This document shows, one piece after another, positions 10,981-24,045 of a stretch of DNA of 64,000 nucleotides. The stretch comes from Laetmonice hystrix. Taxonomy: Eukaryota. The DNA is taken from the NCBI GenBank assembly GCA_965235115.1, contig OZ249443.1, positions 15,004,001 to 15,068,000 of the forward strand, written 5' to 3'. Under the pieces are notes generated by a model. It was not told the DNA's origin, did not search any database, and saw nothing but the letters and a program-made list of their open reading frames with translations. How positions within the stretch are numbered: the first letter of the stretch is position 1; each line of letters begins with the position of its first letter. Made by a program: the position numbers and the translations under genes.

Positions 10981-13900
10981 CTAGGCAGTGTCACACGCTG
11001 CCATATATTCTGTGATGGCTGAACACATGTTTTCGACACCCGCCACGAGTTCAGCCTCCTCGTAGTAACTGATCGAGAAACGGATGCAGTTCCTGTAACT
11101 TCCGCTAGGGGAGCAACTGAAACGAAAGTAACCGAAAACTATTTATACGTAACATACGTCGTGGAAACTTTGACCCAAACATTATACACGACATTAGGTT
11201 GGAGCCCAAAATGAACCAAGAAGTTTTGCGACAATACATCTTGCGACAATCCAATGTCACAAGATATGGCACAAGATATGTATATTCAGCAGCTTCTACA
11301 GCAGTCTTAACATCTTCTTACAAATACAAAATACAAAATACATGGATGTGGTTGGAAGATCAGTGATATGAGTGTGATCTATACGTTAAGTGGGGGATTC
11401 GCGTCATGTGGCCCTGTCAGCCCGCCCATCTAACTAATAACCTCCTACTTTACCTGTAATAAAATATTTAAAAAAAGGAAGTGAAGCATACTTTTTGCCG
11501 GCGATGAACTGGACATCGTATTTGCTCATCGCCAGTTTGGCCGCGACCTCCGCGTCCAATCCGGCTGGCATCACTAGCCAGAAGAAGTAGCCGCCCTTAA
11601 ATAATGAGAAACTGTACTTGTAACTTTGTTGAGCATTCTTGTGCTGGGAGAGGGAATTTGTCACTTGTAGAGCCATTAAAATGTTGAAATGTAGAACCAA
11701 TACATATTGAAGTTTATAGGTCTTATTTTGAATGGCATATAGGCCTAACAAAAGGGGGCGAATGTCAAGTCAGTACAAAGTAGCATATTTATGTGCTTAT
11801 TGCATGTATCGCGTTAACGAGATATTAAAAAACCAGCCAAGAATACGCCCGCTTGCCGTCACTGTTCATTGTTAGACGTAATATAGTCCACCATAATATT
11901 TGAAATTAATAACAGTCATATAATAATTTCTTAGTTCCTCACCTGTGGTATTGTGTACGTGATACTGGTGGGTAGTTTCTCACGCAACACTCTGGTGACA
12001 GCTTCGATTCGAGTCTGTAATGTGTAGGTCAGTATTGGCCCAATGCATGTCCTATATAACAACCTTTCATATATCTGCAATGTGTAGGTCAGTATTGGCC
12101 CAATGCATGTCCTATATAACAACCTTTCATATATCTGCAATGTGTAGGTCAGTATTGGCCCAATGCATGTCCTATATAACAACCTTTCATATATCTGCAA
12201 TGTGTGGTCTGTATTGACCTAATGCATGTGATATATAACAACCTTTCATATACACACATATAGTTATTCTAATGATTAGAATCGTCATCCTGTGTTTCAC
12301 ATGTTTCTGAAATACCCGAGGGCTAATAACTTACTCGCACCACGATAACCATAACCCAACCTCAATAACCCCCACATACCCCCACGGCTAGTCCCAACAT
12401 TCGACTCCGAGAATTATAGTCAACTATACATGTCGTCTTACGTAGATTATGAAACCTGGCGAGAATGATGGAGACTTCAAAAACAAAAAAATAACAATTG
12501 ATTAAATCTATGTCTGTGTTCAGGTAAAGCCGAACAAATCGTCAGTAGGTCGTAGTAGAATGGATTCCACTGCGGCCGAATCTTTCCTTTTTAAAAGAAA
12601 CATTTTTTTCTTTCTCTTTCGCTGTGAGATCGTTGGTGGTTGCTTACGGTGTGCTCCTCCTGCATGTCACGGAGGATTGTTTGCTGGAGGCCCGACTCCA
12701 GCGCCGCCGTCACCAGGTGGGACGCGTAGTGATTAAAACTGCCACCACTCCACGCGATGTTACTGGGCACGGGACACAACTTACTTAGTATTTTACTCAA
12801 CTCTTAATTAGTCATGTCAAAAAAAAACAACAAAACGTTTTCAAATCATTTGACATGACAGTAAGGTAATGACCTGTCAGTATGCTGGTATTGATGGAAA
12901 TATTTGATACCCATGAAAAAATATATCTGCCACTTCTTTTGAATTAAATATCCGGAGTAAGTCGCTAAGTGTTATCGAATGGAGCTGAGAATGACCAATT
13001 ATTTATCCCTGGTCTCGACTCGTCTTTACCTTTTGCTGAGGATGTCTATAATCCTCTGACTCGCCTCGATCCAGCCAACTCGTAGGCCAGGCCCGAGGAT
13101 TTTGGAGAAGGTTCCGTTAGAGATCACGTGGCCATTTTCATCCTTTGCTGACCTGTAGAGATGTACAAATACAATTTGTAAAATTTCTATAGGGGGTGGG
13201 TGGGGTTGGGTTGGGGCCAGGCCCGTGACGCTTCCCTAGGACCCCATGCGTTATCTTATCTTCCGTCGACAGGGAATAGACGCTACAAAAGGTACGTCGC
13301 CTACTTGAATTCGTTTCTTTTTTAGAGACAGATTTCAACCATTGTTTGAAATCTCTTGATTTTGTTCTTGATTTTGTACTGTTACCGACAAAAGAATCTC
13401 CTTCCCGAATGACCTGTACCCTTTTATTATAGACACTCACTCCCGCTCGTAGGCTAGAAGCCGTTTAGGTGGTTGCCCTGTGCTGCTGTAATGTAAGAGA
13501 TTGTAGACGTCGTCACAGAATACCAGCAGGCCGTGGCGTCGGGCCACCTCCACCAGGCGGCGACACCGGTCTGAAAATACATACACGCATTTAGTTAAGG
13601 GGGGGGGGGGGGGGGAGTCACGGTTTCTGGTATTCGCGCGCGTCACTTCCGAAGCAGCGCATTGATCAGTGTTTTTTTTTCTTGCCCTCACCTTGTATGA
13701 ATGTGTGAATTGCGCTGCCACCTGGCGGTAAGGCTTGATACTAACCATTGTTGTCATGGAGATTTCATTTATCACTGTAGCGGAAGTGTGTTGTATTCAA
13801 AGCAATGACAGCCAAGGTCATGGTCCTTGTTTACCGGTTCATTTTACCTGAGGCACCAGCGAACAATCACTATTGGGAATTGGGATTCGGCAACATTTTG

Positions 13901-16900
13901 ACCAGGACACCGGGGTTCTTACCGTCGGGAAGACTGCGCCCGGTCGGGTTGTTGAACGTCGGGATGGTGTAGATCATGCCCCAAAACGGACGCCGGGCTG
14001 TCGTCTCGCGCGCCCCCTGGTGGTGATCCTGAATGAGACTCTCAAGGACGTCCACCTGGAGGCCTTCCTCGTCCGTCGGAACTGAAACCGTGTAAAAAGG
14101 GCACTAGGGGACGTTGGTACATGGTTAACGGTTACAACTTAACCCCCACAAAATAACCCCGATTCTTACACCTCCTAAAAACATGACCTTAAAGGGAATA
14201 GAAAAATTCCTCACTAATGTACCTTTGAACACCAGTAACACCATATAATGTGTCTAAGGTCACACCGATAAGTGGAACACTGTCAACGGCGACTTTTTAA
14301 AAATACCGCCCGGATCATTCGCTATTTCCCACGCGAGACAGCGGGAGCTATATCTATTAATGGATTGAGATAAGGGCCAAATAGGGTAAACAAACGGACG
14401 AAGCCGGCGGGAGAATGTCTCTACATTTCGGTTCATTATTCCTTTATTAAAGATCAGATAATCACAGGATTGTAGGTAAGAACAAGCTTGTTCATTCTGA
14501 ACACCCTTATATTGATAGTTTGAACTTTTCTATTCCCTTTAACCCAAATATTTTGTTTGGAAGTTACCATGGGGGAATAACCCCCTTGGGGTTATTATGC
14601 TAGATCTGTTTCTATATGCGCTCCTTTAGGTTGCTCATGAGGGGTAATATGTTAGGTCTGTTAGGTAGGTTACTGTAGTATGTGCTGGGGAGGGGCAAAT
14701 ATTAGATCTATTAGGTCGACCTATAGGTCATTAAGGGAGCGGGGCGTGTTGGTTGCCAATCACCGGTGAAATATATGCCAGATCTGTTGGCTATGCCACT
14801 GCTGCCCTTAGTAACTTCATACAGGATCGAGGAATGAGGCCCAAACCTGGCACGACCTTCATGCCAAGGTCACCCCGTAGAACGTTAATGGCGATGAAGT
14901 AGGTAGGGTCCTCCACAAACACAACGTCTCCGGTCATCAGGAACTCTGAGGCCGCGAAATGTAAGCCCTGGGTGGCGCCAGCGGTCACCTGGAGGCATGA
15001 ACTGAGGAAAACGGGACCATGTATATCAAAAAGGGGTTGTAACGGGACATTTGATGTGAAAATAGAAAATGATATGGGATGGAACCCGGAAAGGTTACTC
15101 CCGTATGGGAATTATTATGCAGTTCAAAACATCGCAAGCTAAAATACAGGAGAGAACGCATCTGGGCCCAGTTTTCTTTTCGTTTACCGCTTACCGTGGG
15201 CTGAGCACGTCTTTCACATATCCGAACTGTCTTTGCTCATCCTCACCTCACCTTGTCTCAGCTCAGCTCACCCTTGCTCTGGGTGGAAAAGTAAACACAA
15301 AAACCGGACCCTTCAGGAAATGTTTGTATACCTTTTCACCGGATCCTTGTAGCCCTCCGACAGGAATTTCGCCAGTTCTTCCCTGTACGTTGAGCTGCCC
15401 TGTGTGGCCCCATACTGTAGAATCTCTCCAGACAGGCCGTCTGCCGATGACTGGTGTTTCAAAAATTTCAAAAGTGAAAATGATTAATAAAAGATCAAAT
15501 TACAAGTCTTTATCGGGAAGTCCGGAGGAATTTCAGTTAGAGAGAAACACAAGACTCGTAACGTTATTATGAAATACGTGGCTTTTACCGTAAATAACGG
15601 TGTAGGTATTTTGTTTTACTGAAAATATAGTATAGGTACGCTGTATACATGATGGAGGCCAAAGGCTAATAACGCATACGAGAGTTACAAAGTATTTTTC
15701 AATAGGGACTAAGAACTAAGAACGAAATAGTGACTAATACTAATAGACTAATAGGGAAATAGAGATTAAGACTAAGAACGAAATAGTGACTAATACTAAT
15801 AGACTAATAGAGAAATAGGGATTAAGACTAAGAACGAAATAGTGACTAATACTAATAGACTAATAGAGAAATATGGATTAAGACTAAGAACGAAATAGGG
15901 ACTAATACTAATAGACTAATAGAGAAATAGGGATTAAGACTAAAAACGAAATAGGAACTAATACTAATAGACTAATAGATAAATAGGGATTAAGACTAAG
16001 AACGAAATAGGGACTAATACTAATCGACTAATAGAGAAATAGGGATTAAGACTAAGAACGAAATAGGGACTAATACTAATAGACTAATAGAGAAATAGGG
16101 ATTAAGACTAAGAATGAAATAGGGACTAATACTAATAGACTAATAGAGAAATAGGGATTAAGACTAAGAACGAAATAGTGACTAATACTAATAGACTAAT
16201 AGAGAAATAGGGATTAAGACTAAGAACGAAATAGTGACTAATACTAATAGAGAAATAGGGATTAAGACTAAGAACGAAATAGTGACTAATACTAATAGAC
16301 TAATAGAGAAATAGGGATTAAGACTAAGAACGAAATAGTGACTAATACTAATAGACTAATAGAGAAATAGGGATTAAGACTAAGAACGAAATAGTAACTA
16401 ATACTAATAGACTAATAGAGAAATAGGGATTAAGACTAAGAACGAAATAGTGACTAATACTAATAGACTAATAGAGAAATAGGGATTAAGACTAAGAACG
16501 AAAGTTCAGCAATATTTCTTTCTTGAGCTTAGGACAGAGGAAGGTTTCACACACAAGAGAAATTAATATGTAAATAAAGTAAATGGAAGGGACCTCAAGG
16601 AAGTTCGCGAAGTTTACTTGTTTGCTTGGGTGCATATAGAATACGCCGAGCTATTCCTCAATCTGGAGGCTGAGATCTCCACAAAAGGACTGATCGAGTA
16701 GCTTCCCTACGCTTTACTATGCTAAGAGTTCTCATAGAATACGGCTCCGCAGGAGGTCACACTGGATTGCCATATGAAGCTGCATGTTTAAAGCGAGGCA
16801 GAAACTGGTGCCTTATTGCTAAAACAAAGAATGGTTTGGGGGTTCTTGCAGGCACGTGCAGGGTGTGCAAGGGGACGAGGGGGTAACCTTATGTGACACC

Positions 16901-17030
16901 TCACCAGGAGTGACTGGGCTGAATGAACGAGTACTTCCGCTGCGCGCCGGGTGTACTTCCGGCTGGGGAAGCCAGCCGTTAGCATACTCTGGTCCTGGCG
17001 AAATCCGAACTGCTCGCTTAGGGTATTCAT
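10981..17030 (-). CDS. PLP-dependent aminotransferase class I/II (MocR/Aro8/2-aminoadipate transaminase-like), 10 coding exons, 412 aa
   Basis: Exons (minus strand) 17030-16905, 15450-15332, 15001-14847, 14081-13923, 13570-13441, 13152-13030, 12762-12648, 12014-11943, 11595-11492 and 11116-10981 total 1239 nt, all GT-AG and phase-consistent. Motifs: [39 protein letters not shown], the PLP-lysine segment [21 protein letters not shown] and the conserved Arg in CIRFS. Confidence 0.93.
12015..12251 (-). repeat. 60-bp tandem repeat (3 near-identical plus 1 degenerate unit) abutting aminotransferase exon 8
   Basis: Successive 60-nt lines are identical; on the minus strand each intact unit ends actgacctacacatt(a/g)cag. 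Confidence 0.9.
15701..16503. repeat. 56-bp A-rich minisatellite, about 14 copies, in aminotransferase intron 1
   Basis: Unit agactaagaacgaaatagtgactaatactaatagactaatagagaaatagggatta; period confirmed by a 4-nt shift per 60-nt line. Confidence 0.95.
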
Positions 17031-17249
17031 GGTTGATTTTGTTAGTTTGGGGTCCAACGTCCTATCTTAGCTTTATCAACAGAAGCTCTCTACAACACAA
17101 GTAAAGATGTATTCTTCACAGTGCCATGAATGTTCAGTGTTCACATAATGCCAAGTTCAGTGACTTATTGTGAGACTGCCGCATTGATAGGATCCTGTGC
17201 TGAGGAGTAAAAGTCAGTTATTGTGCGCAAATTAAGGGTGGGGTAACTA

Positions 17250-17786
17250 AGACCTGCCAACCTACAGAGAGAAGAAACCGGGAGATTTTTAAAAGTTGAT
17301 GTCCAAAAACCTGGAAATTGGAAGGAGATTACATTATGAAGCTGATATAGAGCTATGAGTGGGGATGAAACGTTAGTATGGAGCCACTACATTCTACACA
17401 TGAAGTACACAACTTACATACCATCAGTTTAATAAATTTAAAATAAAAACACTTAAAATTAGTTGTTATTTATATTTTAAACATGAAATTGTTCACATCA
17501 GCTCCTTTATGTTGTTTCTTTACTCTTTATGTATCTTTTTTTTAGTGTTCTGCGTTGCATGCGTTGCGCACCATACTTAAAAACATACTCAGAAATTATT
17601 TTATCATTATATTTCAAACTTAAAATTGTCCAAACATTATCTATCTTTTTTCTTGTGTTTTGTGTACATTTGTGTGCATACATGACTTTTCAATTTACCG
17701 TGAGAAAATTGTGACATACCGGGGGGACGGGGGATCAGGTTAAAAACCGGGAGTCCCCCAGTGAAACCGGGGGACTTGGCAGGTCT
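17250..17786. mobile_element. MITE-like element between the two alternative first exons
   Basis: Perfect 11-bp inverted ends agacctgccaa / ttggcaggtct, subterminal ccggg motifs and an AT-rich interior. Confidence 0.6.
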
Positions 17787-18045
17787 GGACTTAAGGGCCT
17801 TCGAAAAGCCAAACTTCCCAGTAACCATAGAAACCTTGAGTTCCAATAAAAGATCTACCAGTTGATGCTATTTATGATGCCCCCTCCAATAGTTCTCAGT
17901 ATAGCAGTTTATAGAAAGAACCCATGTTACGATAGTATAGGGCTGCGACTTCCTACGGGATCAGAAAATCGGGAGAGACTTTGCCACCTAAAAAAGCCAC
18001 TAGAGGGAAGCACCTGGAAGATCGCTTCCCTTTGGATATTCTTAC

Positions 18046-18150
18046 CACTACTTTTTGAGTACACTTCAGTACAATCTCTGCCGCGCGCTTTGTGAACTTC
18101 AGACTTGGGTAGCCCAGGACTAACGACATGTTGGTATCACTTGAGCACAT
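18046..18150 (-). CDS. Alternative first coding exon of the aminotransferase (paralogue of exon 17030-16905)
   Basis: Encodes MCSSDTNMSLVLGYPSLKFTKRAAEIVLKCTQKVV, which aligns without gaps to [31 protein letters not shown]. It ends at a phase-0 GTG|GTAAGA donor compatible with exon 15450-15332. An upstream acceptor (tttgtcataacag) starts the exon at 18237. Confidence 0.75.
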
Positions 18151-18434
18151 CTTGTCCGTGGAATAATTACGGTCCGTTAGGAAGCCTTGAGGTTTCTTGG
18201 AATACGGCCTTATCGACTCGTCATTAAAGGTTCCTTCCTGTTATGACAAAGGAAGTGTGTGTGTGAATTGGTGGGTTCCCGCCGTGTTGGAAATTAACTC
18301 CTATTTCATGGAGAAAACATGGCAAAACCAGCTGGTAAAACTATGAAGATTAATCTGTAAAGACAAGGTGTAGTCGGTGAACGATCTCGAGGAGCCTGCA
18401 ATACTCGGGGTATGCGACCTGCTTAAACATATAC

Positions 18435-18465
18435 CTCTCGGAAAACAACAGCTTTAACGTTGAAG
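18435..18465 (-). other. Possible 31-nt 5'-UTR micro-exon of the aminotransferase
   Basis: Strong acceptor ttatttccttttcag and donor GAG|gtatat, no ATG, just upstream of both alternative start exons, which each have their own acceptor. Confidence 0.35.
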
Positions 18466-19933
18466 CTGAAAAGGAAATAATCGTGTCAGCAAACTCGAAG
18501 AAATGGCGAGTTTGGGTTTCCGCTTCGTGGACCGTTTCGCTCACAATGATTCCTTTGCTTTCCAAGTCAAAGCTAACTATACCTTTAGGCCTACCTTTAC
18601 TACAAGTTATTCGTCTCTCTCCTGAAATCAAGGGTCGTCTGTGAAGCTATAGGGTTGGCTGCTAGGCACAGAGTGGTCTGAAAGATGGTCTTGGTAATAT
18701 TAAAATAGACCTAGAATCCTAACCACACCTTAAGATGACATTGCAATTCACGATAGAACTGCAGTGATCGATTACAGACAGACTTCAGATCTCCCGTGGA
18801 TTTATTCAAGTTACCCCTATCGTCTACTGAAGCAGTAAGAGATTAGAGTTGTCACTGATAAAATAGATAAGATATCAGAGAGAATAGCCTGCCCAATCAA
18901 TTTGATCTGGTAGGCCTATGTGGGTCGGATTTTCGGGCAGAGTCGGTATCAAAGTAGCTTAGGGTTATAGCAATGCTGTTACGTCGTAACAATCATTGGT
19001 TGGCCTACGAGAGACCAAAATAGTGCTTTATACCGGGATTTGAAATGAAATCGCACCATGCTTTCCAAGGGGAGGCGAGGGGTGCTAAGGGGTGTTTTGA
19101 AGATAGGCCTAAAAAAGGGAGGGACAAAGGAGGCATTATTTGGGCAAGAAGTAGTATACTCGTCCCCCAGCCTCATTCAATCGAGGCACGGGTAATTAGG
19201 CACAGACACATAACCGATAAAATTATGTAATAGATGGTCGTGGATCCCTCCATTGTTGAATTAATTATTGATTGGGGATGTGGGGCGAATAGCTCAGGTC
19301 ATAAGCAATTAGTCATATACGGGCGATTAGACACATACATTATTATGTTCATGATAACAATAGAAATGCATTCATAATGAACGAGATAATTGATAAATAG
19401 CACAGATGCGAATTAAGGTCATGTTCTACACTAAATCAAACCCATTACATGTCGATACTATGTATTTTAATAGAAGGAATAAGTGTTTCTGATTATAAAA
19501 ATGTATAAATATCCATATGTGTCCATGCTAACTTTTGTGTGGGATGTCTATAGAAAATCCATGCCTTGGCTACTTTGAGTGCTTCTTACACTCATCTTGG
19601 GGCCTTCAAGGTAAATTCAAGGCTTTACACAGGCATACATTTCCTATAAACCCAGGCTTATTACAAAAAAATAAGCATGGTGACATAATAGTTATCTACA
19701 CGTTTTTAAACTGAAAAACACTTGTTCTTTCTATTAGAATACAAAATATTGGTATGTAGTGGGTTTGTGTTGTATAGGCCTACATTGGTTACTATGGCGA
19801 GATTTGGCACGAGATTTGAGAGGTGTAGCATATATGACCTTAACAATAGAAAATGCATTCATAATGAATTAGATATTGATAACAATAGCATAGATATAAC
19901 AAGTAAAATCTATAAAGCTAGGAACACACCTGA

Positions 19934-20132
19934 CGCGATGCTACGCGATGCTACGCGATGCTACGCGATGCTACGCGATGCTACGCGATGCTACGCGATG
20001 CTACGCGATGCTACGCGATGCTACGCGATCATTGCTACGCGATGCTACGCGATCATTGCTACGCGATGCTACGCGATCATTGCTACGCGATGCTACGCGA
20101 TCATTGCTACGCGATGCTACGCGATGCTACGC
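19934..20132. repeat. 10-bp tandem repeat (gatgctacgc)n grading into a 24-bp higher-order unit
   Basis: About 9 pure units followed by alternating gatgctacgc / gatcattgctacgc. Confidence 0.95.
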
Positions 20133-20922
20133 CGCGGGTTAGATTTTCACGTGTATGAGTAAGGTTGAGCTTCTGGAAAGCCGTTATTCTTACTTACTTT
20201 ATGTTTAGACGCATAGGTGAGTGTAGCAACAGCGATACCACCCACATCCGAACGTATTGGTATTAGTAGGCCCCCCTATCTACAATGACTGTAGGCCTAC
20301 ATGTATTAGATGTGCCGACGACCATTATTGATTGAACTGTAGGTGGTGACTGACGCAAGCACGTGTTAATTAGGACACACATGTTCATTACAACAATAGA
20401 AACACATCCGTACCCAAAATGGACAATTGATATAGAGCGCACAGATGTGTAAGAAATCTATAGCCCGATGCATATATCGGTGTCACTCGATAGAAAATAG
20501 CAAACATTCTACATGGTGTTACTCAACAGTGACAGCTACATACATTAAATCGAAAATCATCTGTTGACTACTACTGGAGCCTCCTGCCAGAGACTGTGCC
20601 TTTTCATGTTTTTAATACTGAAGAAACCCACTGCACAGTGTTGGCGCTGTCGTAGCAACACTAGCGCCGTCTGGCGGGAGAGAGTAAAGTTAAGGTAGCC
20701 TAAATTTGCTATCCTCACTTCATAATGGTCGGCGTGCATACAGAGCTCTGTGGTTTAGACGGTCCACTAGGCCTACAGGCGCTCATGCAAGTAGGCTCCC
20801 GAGTAGGCCTACAATTCTATGTGATGTAGACCGTAGAACACCTACCGTAGTACCGGGTAGTGGGCGTGTAGTAGGCCTAGTGGCTAGTAGGTCGACATCC
20901 GCGGTATTAAAACCGCTATTAT

Positions 20923-20971
20923 CCACCAGAGGGCGCGCATAGAGAAAAACATCCTTGGCGCCACCTGGTGG
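20923..20971. promoter_or_regulatory. Convergent pair of CTCF-like motifs
   Basis: CCACCAGAGGGCGC (+, 20923-20936) and CCACCAGGTGGCGC (-, 20958-20971). Confidence 0.5.
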
Positions 20972-21302
20972 GGAAAGGTTACAATATTTCCATCTCTGCT
21001 AACCGGCCTCGCCTATTAGAAGCGGCCCACCCACGTACAATATTATTGTACAATATTCAGGTTTGCGCAATATTATTGACCGTCTATTGTCATATTGAAG
21101 CACTGCACCATTGTTTCAAGTATTGTTTCAATATTATTGACATTTAAGAGATCTGACAGGGCTTGTTCTACAGCAGGCTAGCGGTAGAACAGATAATAGA
21201 TGGGGAGGGGGGGGGGGGCACTTTGCTTGATGCAATATTGGGGGGGGGGGGCAATATTTTGCTTGAGGTAGTGGAACATGGTTGTAGGCCTATCATAATT
21301 AT

Positions 21303-21691
21303 CAGGGGCGGATCCAGGATTTCTTGGAGGGGAGGGGGTGGAGGTTCAGAAGGCGGCCGCGCCAAGGGGTAGGGGGGGGGGGAGGTCCTCCGACTAAACA
21401 TTTTTGGGACTATAAAAGGCTATAGTCTAGATGCTATTTCCCGGCTTCTCAGCATCTAACTGAAGAGCTTTCGGTGCCGACCTTTTGGTGCTGGTGGGGG
21501 TGGGGGTAGGGGTAGGGCCTTGAAGAGACCTTGGCTTCAATGGTATGCGGGAAAACATGCATTTTTCATTCGAGATCACAGATTATGCATGGGTGGGGTG
21601 GGGGGTGGGGGGTGGGGGGGGGGGTATCGATGCTCCCATCCAGATTATTGAGGAGGGGGCCCGCTGTCCCAGCCCCCGCTTCCGGCGCCTA
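21303..21691. mobile_element. GGATCC-family MITE end with nested poly-G-rich repeat fragments
   Basis: Starts caggggcggatccagg like 2855 and 37768, with several G tracts; the right boundary is uncertain. Confidence 0.45.
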
Positions 21692-22776
21692 GAGGTCTAT
21701 GGTACAGGGCACACCATGCAGTCCCCCTCATGGACACAGACGACCTATCATTAAGGAATACCTGATGTACGGCCCATCCCCACACCGGTCGGGAATTGCT
21801 AATGATGTAAAATGTAGGACACAGGACCTAAACATCTGCTTGTTCACAAACTTTGAAAACATCACCATCAATACACACTGACAGCTCCGTGGCCTGCAGG
21901 GATAGTATTTTACGCTGAAAGACTCGGGTTAATGACGAGAAAATAAGTGACTGTCCCGTGGCAGCTGACCAAGGCTAGCGGGGGCTGGCGACACACGGGA
22001 ACTATAATAACATATATATTATGTCACTTTATACCACTTTTATGTACCCTTACATGAGCGGTGCGTTTAATAATGTATATGAATAGGATAGGGAGTGGGT
22101 TTTGGTGATGGCACTGGGCCTGCTATTTGTTTACGGAGGTTCTGACAGTCCACCCAACAGATAGTAGTGCGTGCAAAAGTTGAGCTGAAAGCGTGTAACG
22201 GCTGTGATTTCATTTAAAAAAACCATTTAATTGTGTGTATGGTTAGGGGGGGGGGGGCGTTTAAGGATCTTTGCATGGATGGGTGATTAGGTATGGTGAA
22301 GGCTCTGATTTTACTCTAGGATATATAGGGCATTTTGGCTACTTCCGTAGTTTTGCCAGACTAATAACCCCATTCCCAACCACCATCCACGTTCTTGACA
22401 GCCTTAATATAAATCAGGTTCTACTGGTTCAAACGTACCCATCTAGACCCTGGGAAGCCGACCTGATTGATCATGTCGGCAGTCTGAAGACTCTGGCGTA
22501 ATGATACCCGCCCGCCCTCTGACGGTAAACATGATAATTACACATATCTGTGTAATTGACGTCACACAAGATAACGTCTACCACGCTAACCATTGTCATC
22601 ACATGATACGTCAACTTTTCCGACGGAAGGAATCATAATTAGAGCATTTCCCCAAGACCCATATACGCGGTCCTCCATGTTAAAGCCATAAAAACAGGTA
22701 GTGTCACAAATATTTGGCGGTCAATGATCTTGAACATGGAGTGCCTTGATGAATTGTCATTTGTATTATGTAGCAT

Positions 22777-22793
22777 GAGAGAGAGAGAGAGGG

Positions 22794-22844
<51 letters not shown>

Positions 22845-22880
22845 AGAGAGAGAGAGAGGGGGGGGAAGAGCAGAGACAGA
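22777..22880. repeat. (GA)n microsatellite with G tracts
   Basis: Directly visible. Confidence 0.95.
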
Positions 22881-23894
22881 GTAGGCCTACCTAGAATAGT
22901 ATTTCGAATCATCCCGAAATTGGCCAACCGACTTGTAACTAGCTGATTTCCCTCCGCAAATGTAGTTCACCTTGTCTCGGTGAATGTCACTTGGTATAAT
23001 CCCGGTTTGGGATTTAGAGGTAGGCTACGTTAAATTTAACAGACCATACAGGACGGCCGACTTTGCAAAAACAGGGTTAAACGCGTAGGGGCCCGATTTT
23101 GCCCGTATGAGGCAGAGAGGTAGAGAGACAGAGACATAGAGAGATAGACATACAAACAGGGGCAGACAGAGTGAAACAGGCGAGTATAAAGAGCTTTATG
23201 TGCTGACATTTATCCCTTAGATTTTTTTTGTCATTATCATTAATTTTATCATTAAAGCAAACCCAGATGCCCCATTAGTCTATCTTTCACGGCTTTAGAG
23301 TCCACATAAACTTCAATCAGCGTCACTGTAAACCTGGGTTGCTGGCCCAAGCTTGTCTCCGTCACTATTAAGGTCACCCCCATTGCCTGATCTTTGAGCT
23401 GGTCTTTCCTGCTGTTCTTTGTTGTGTAGTATTGAGGATAATAGTATTATGTTCTCCACCATCAGTAAGGGGCATGAAATATAATCAGGTCACCGTGTAG
23501 TACAACTTTCTGCACTCTACTATACTACAGGATCTACGGGACAATTGCCAATAGGTTGGTGACATGATATTGGTCTTACTGATAAATGTGCCCACGTCAT
23601 GCCATCACGAAAGTACGCTCTAAAAGCTTGTATATTATATGCCCTAGGTTTAATATAACACTACCAGGAGGAGCATGGCATGGCCGTTAGGAGTTCAACC
23701 CTTCATCAACCTCTGGGTATGCGGGACTGACAAGTTTCTATAGATAATTCACTCGCTGAGAGACCTGTCGGTGTTGGTTGTGAATCAGACTTGTTTATTA
23801 TTAGACAATAGTGACACAAAGGCAACAGTTTACACTTCCCATAGGTCTATTTAGTGACAACACGCAGGATGGACAAAACACAGATCAGCATCTC

Positions 23895-24045
23895 TTTATG
23901 TCCAGATAAGTGCATGAGCGCAAAACAATGTTTATGACCCCGCGTTCTCGCCTCGTTTGATTCCTATTATTTAGTGGTTATTACATGTGACAACATGATG
24001 GTTATCGTGACATGCGCGTTTCTCTGACCTATATCTGGACGTAAA
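23895..24045. mobile_element. Short MITE-like element
   Basis: 14-bp inverted ends with one mismatch: tttatgtccagata / tatctggacgtaaa. Confidence 0.5.

Noticed and set aside
13873-14085. Plus-strand ORFs overlapping aminotransferase exons (also 15069-15572, 16856-17104)
   Set aside because: Antisense shadows of GC-rich coding exons.
19722-20162. ORFs with MLRDATRCYA repeats
   Set aside because: Products of the 10-bp tandem repeat.
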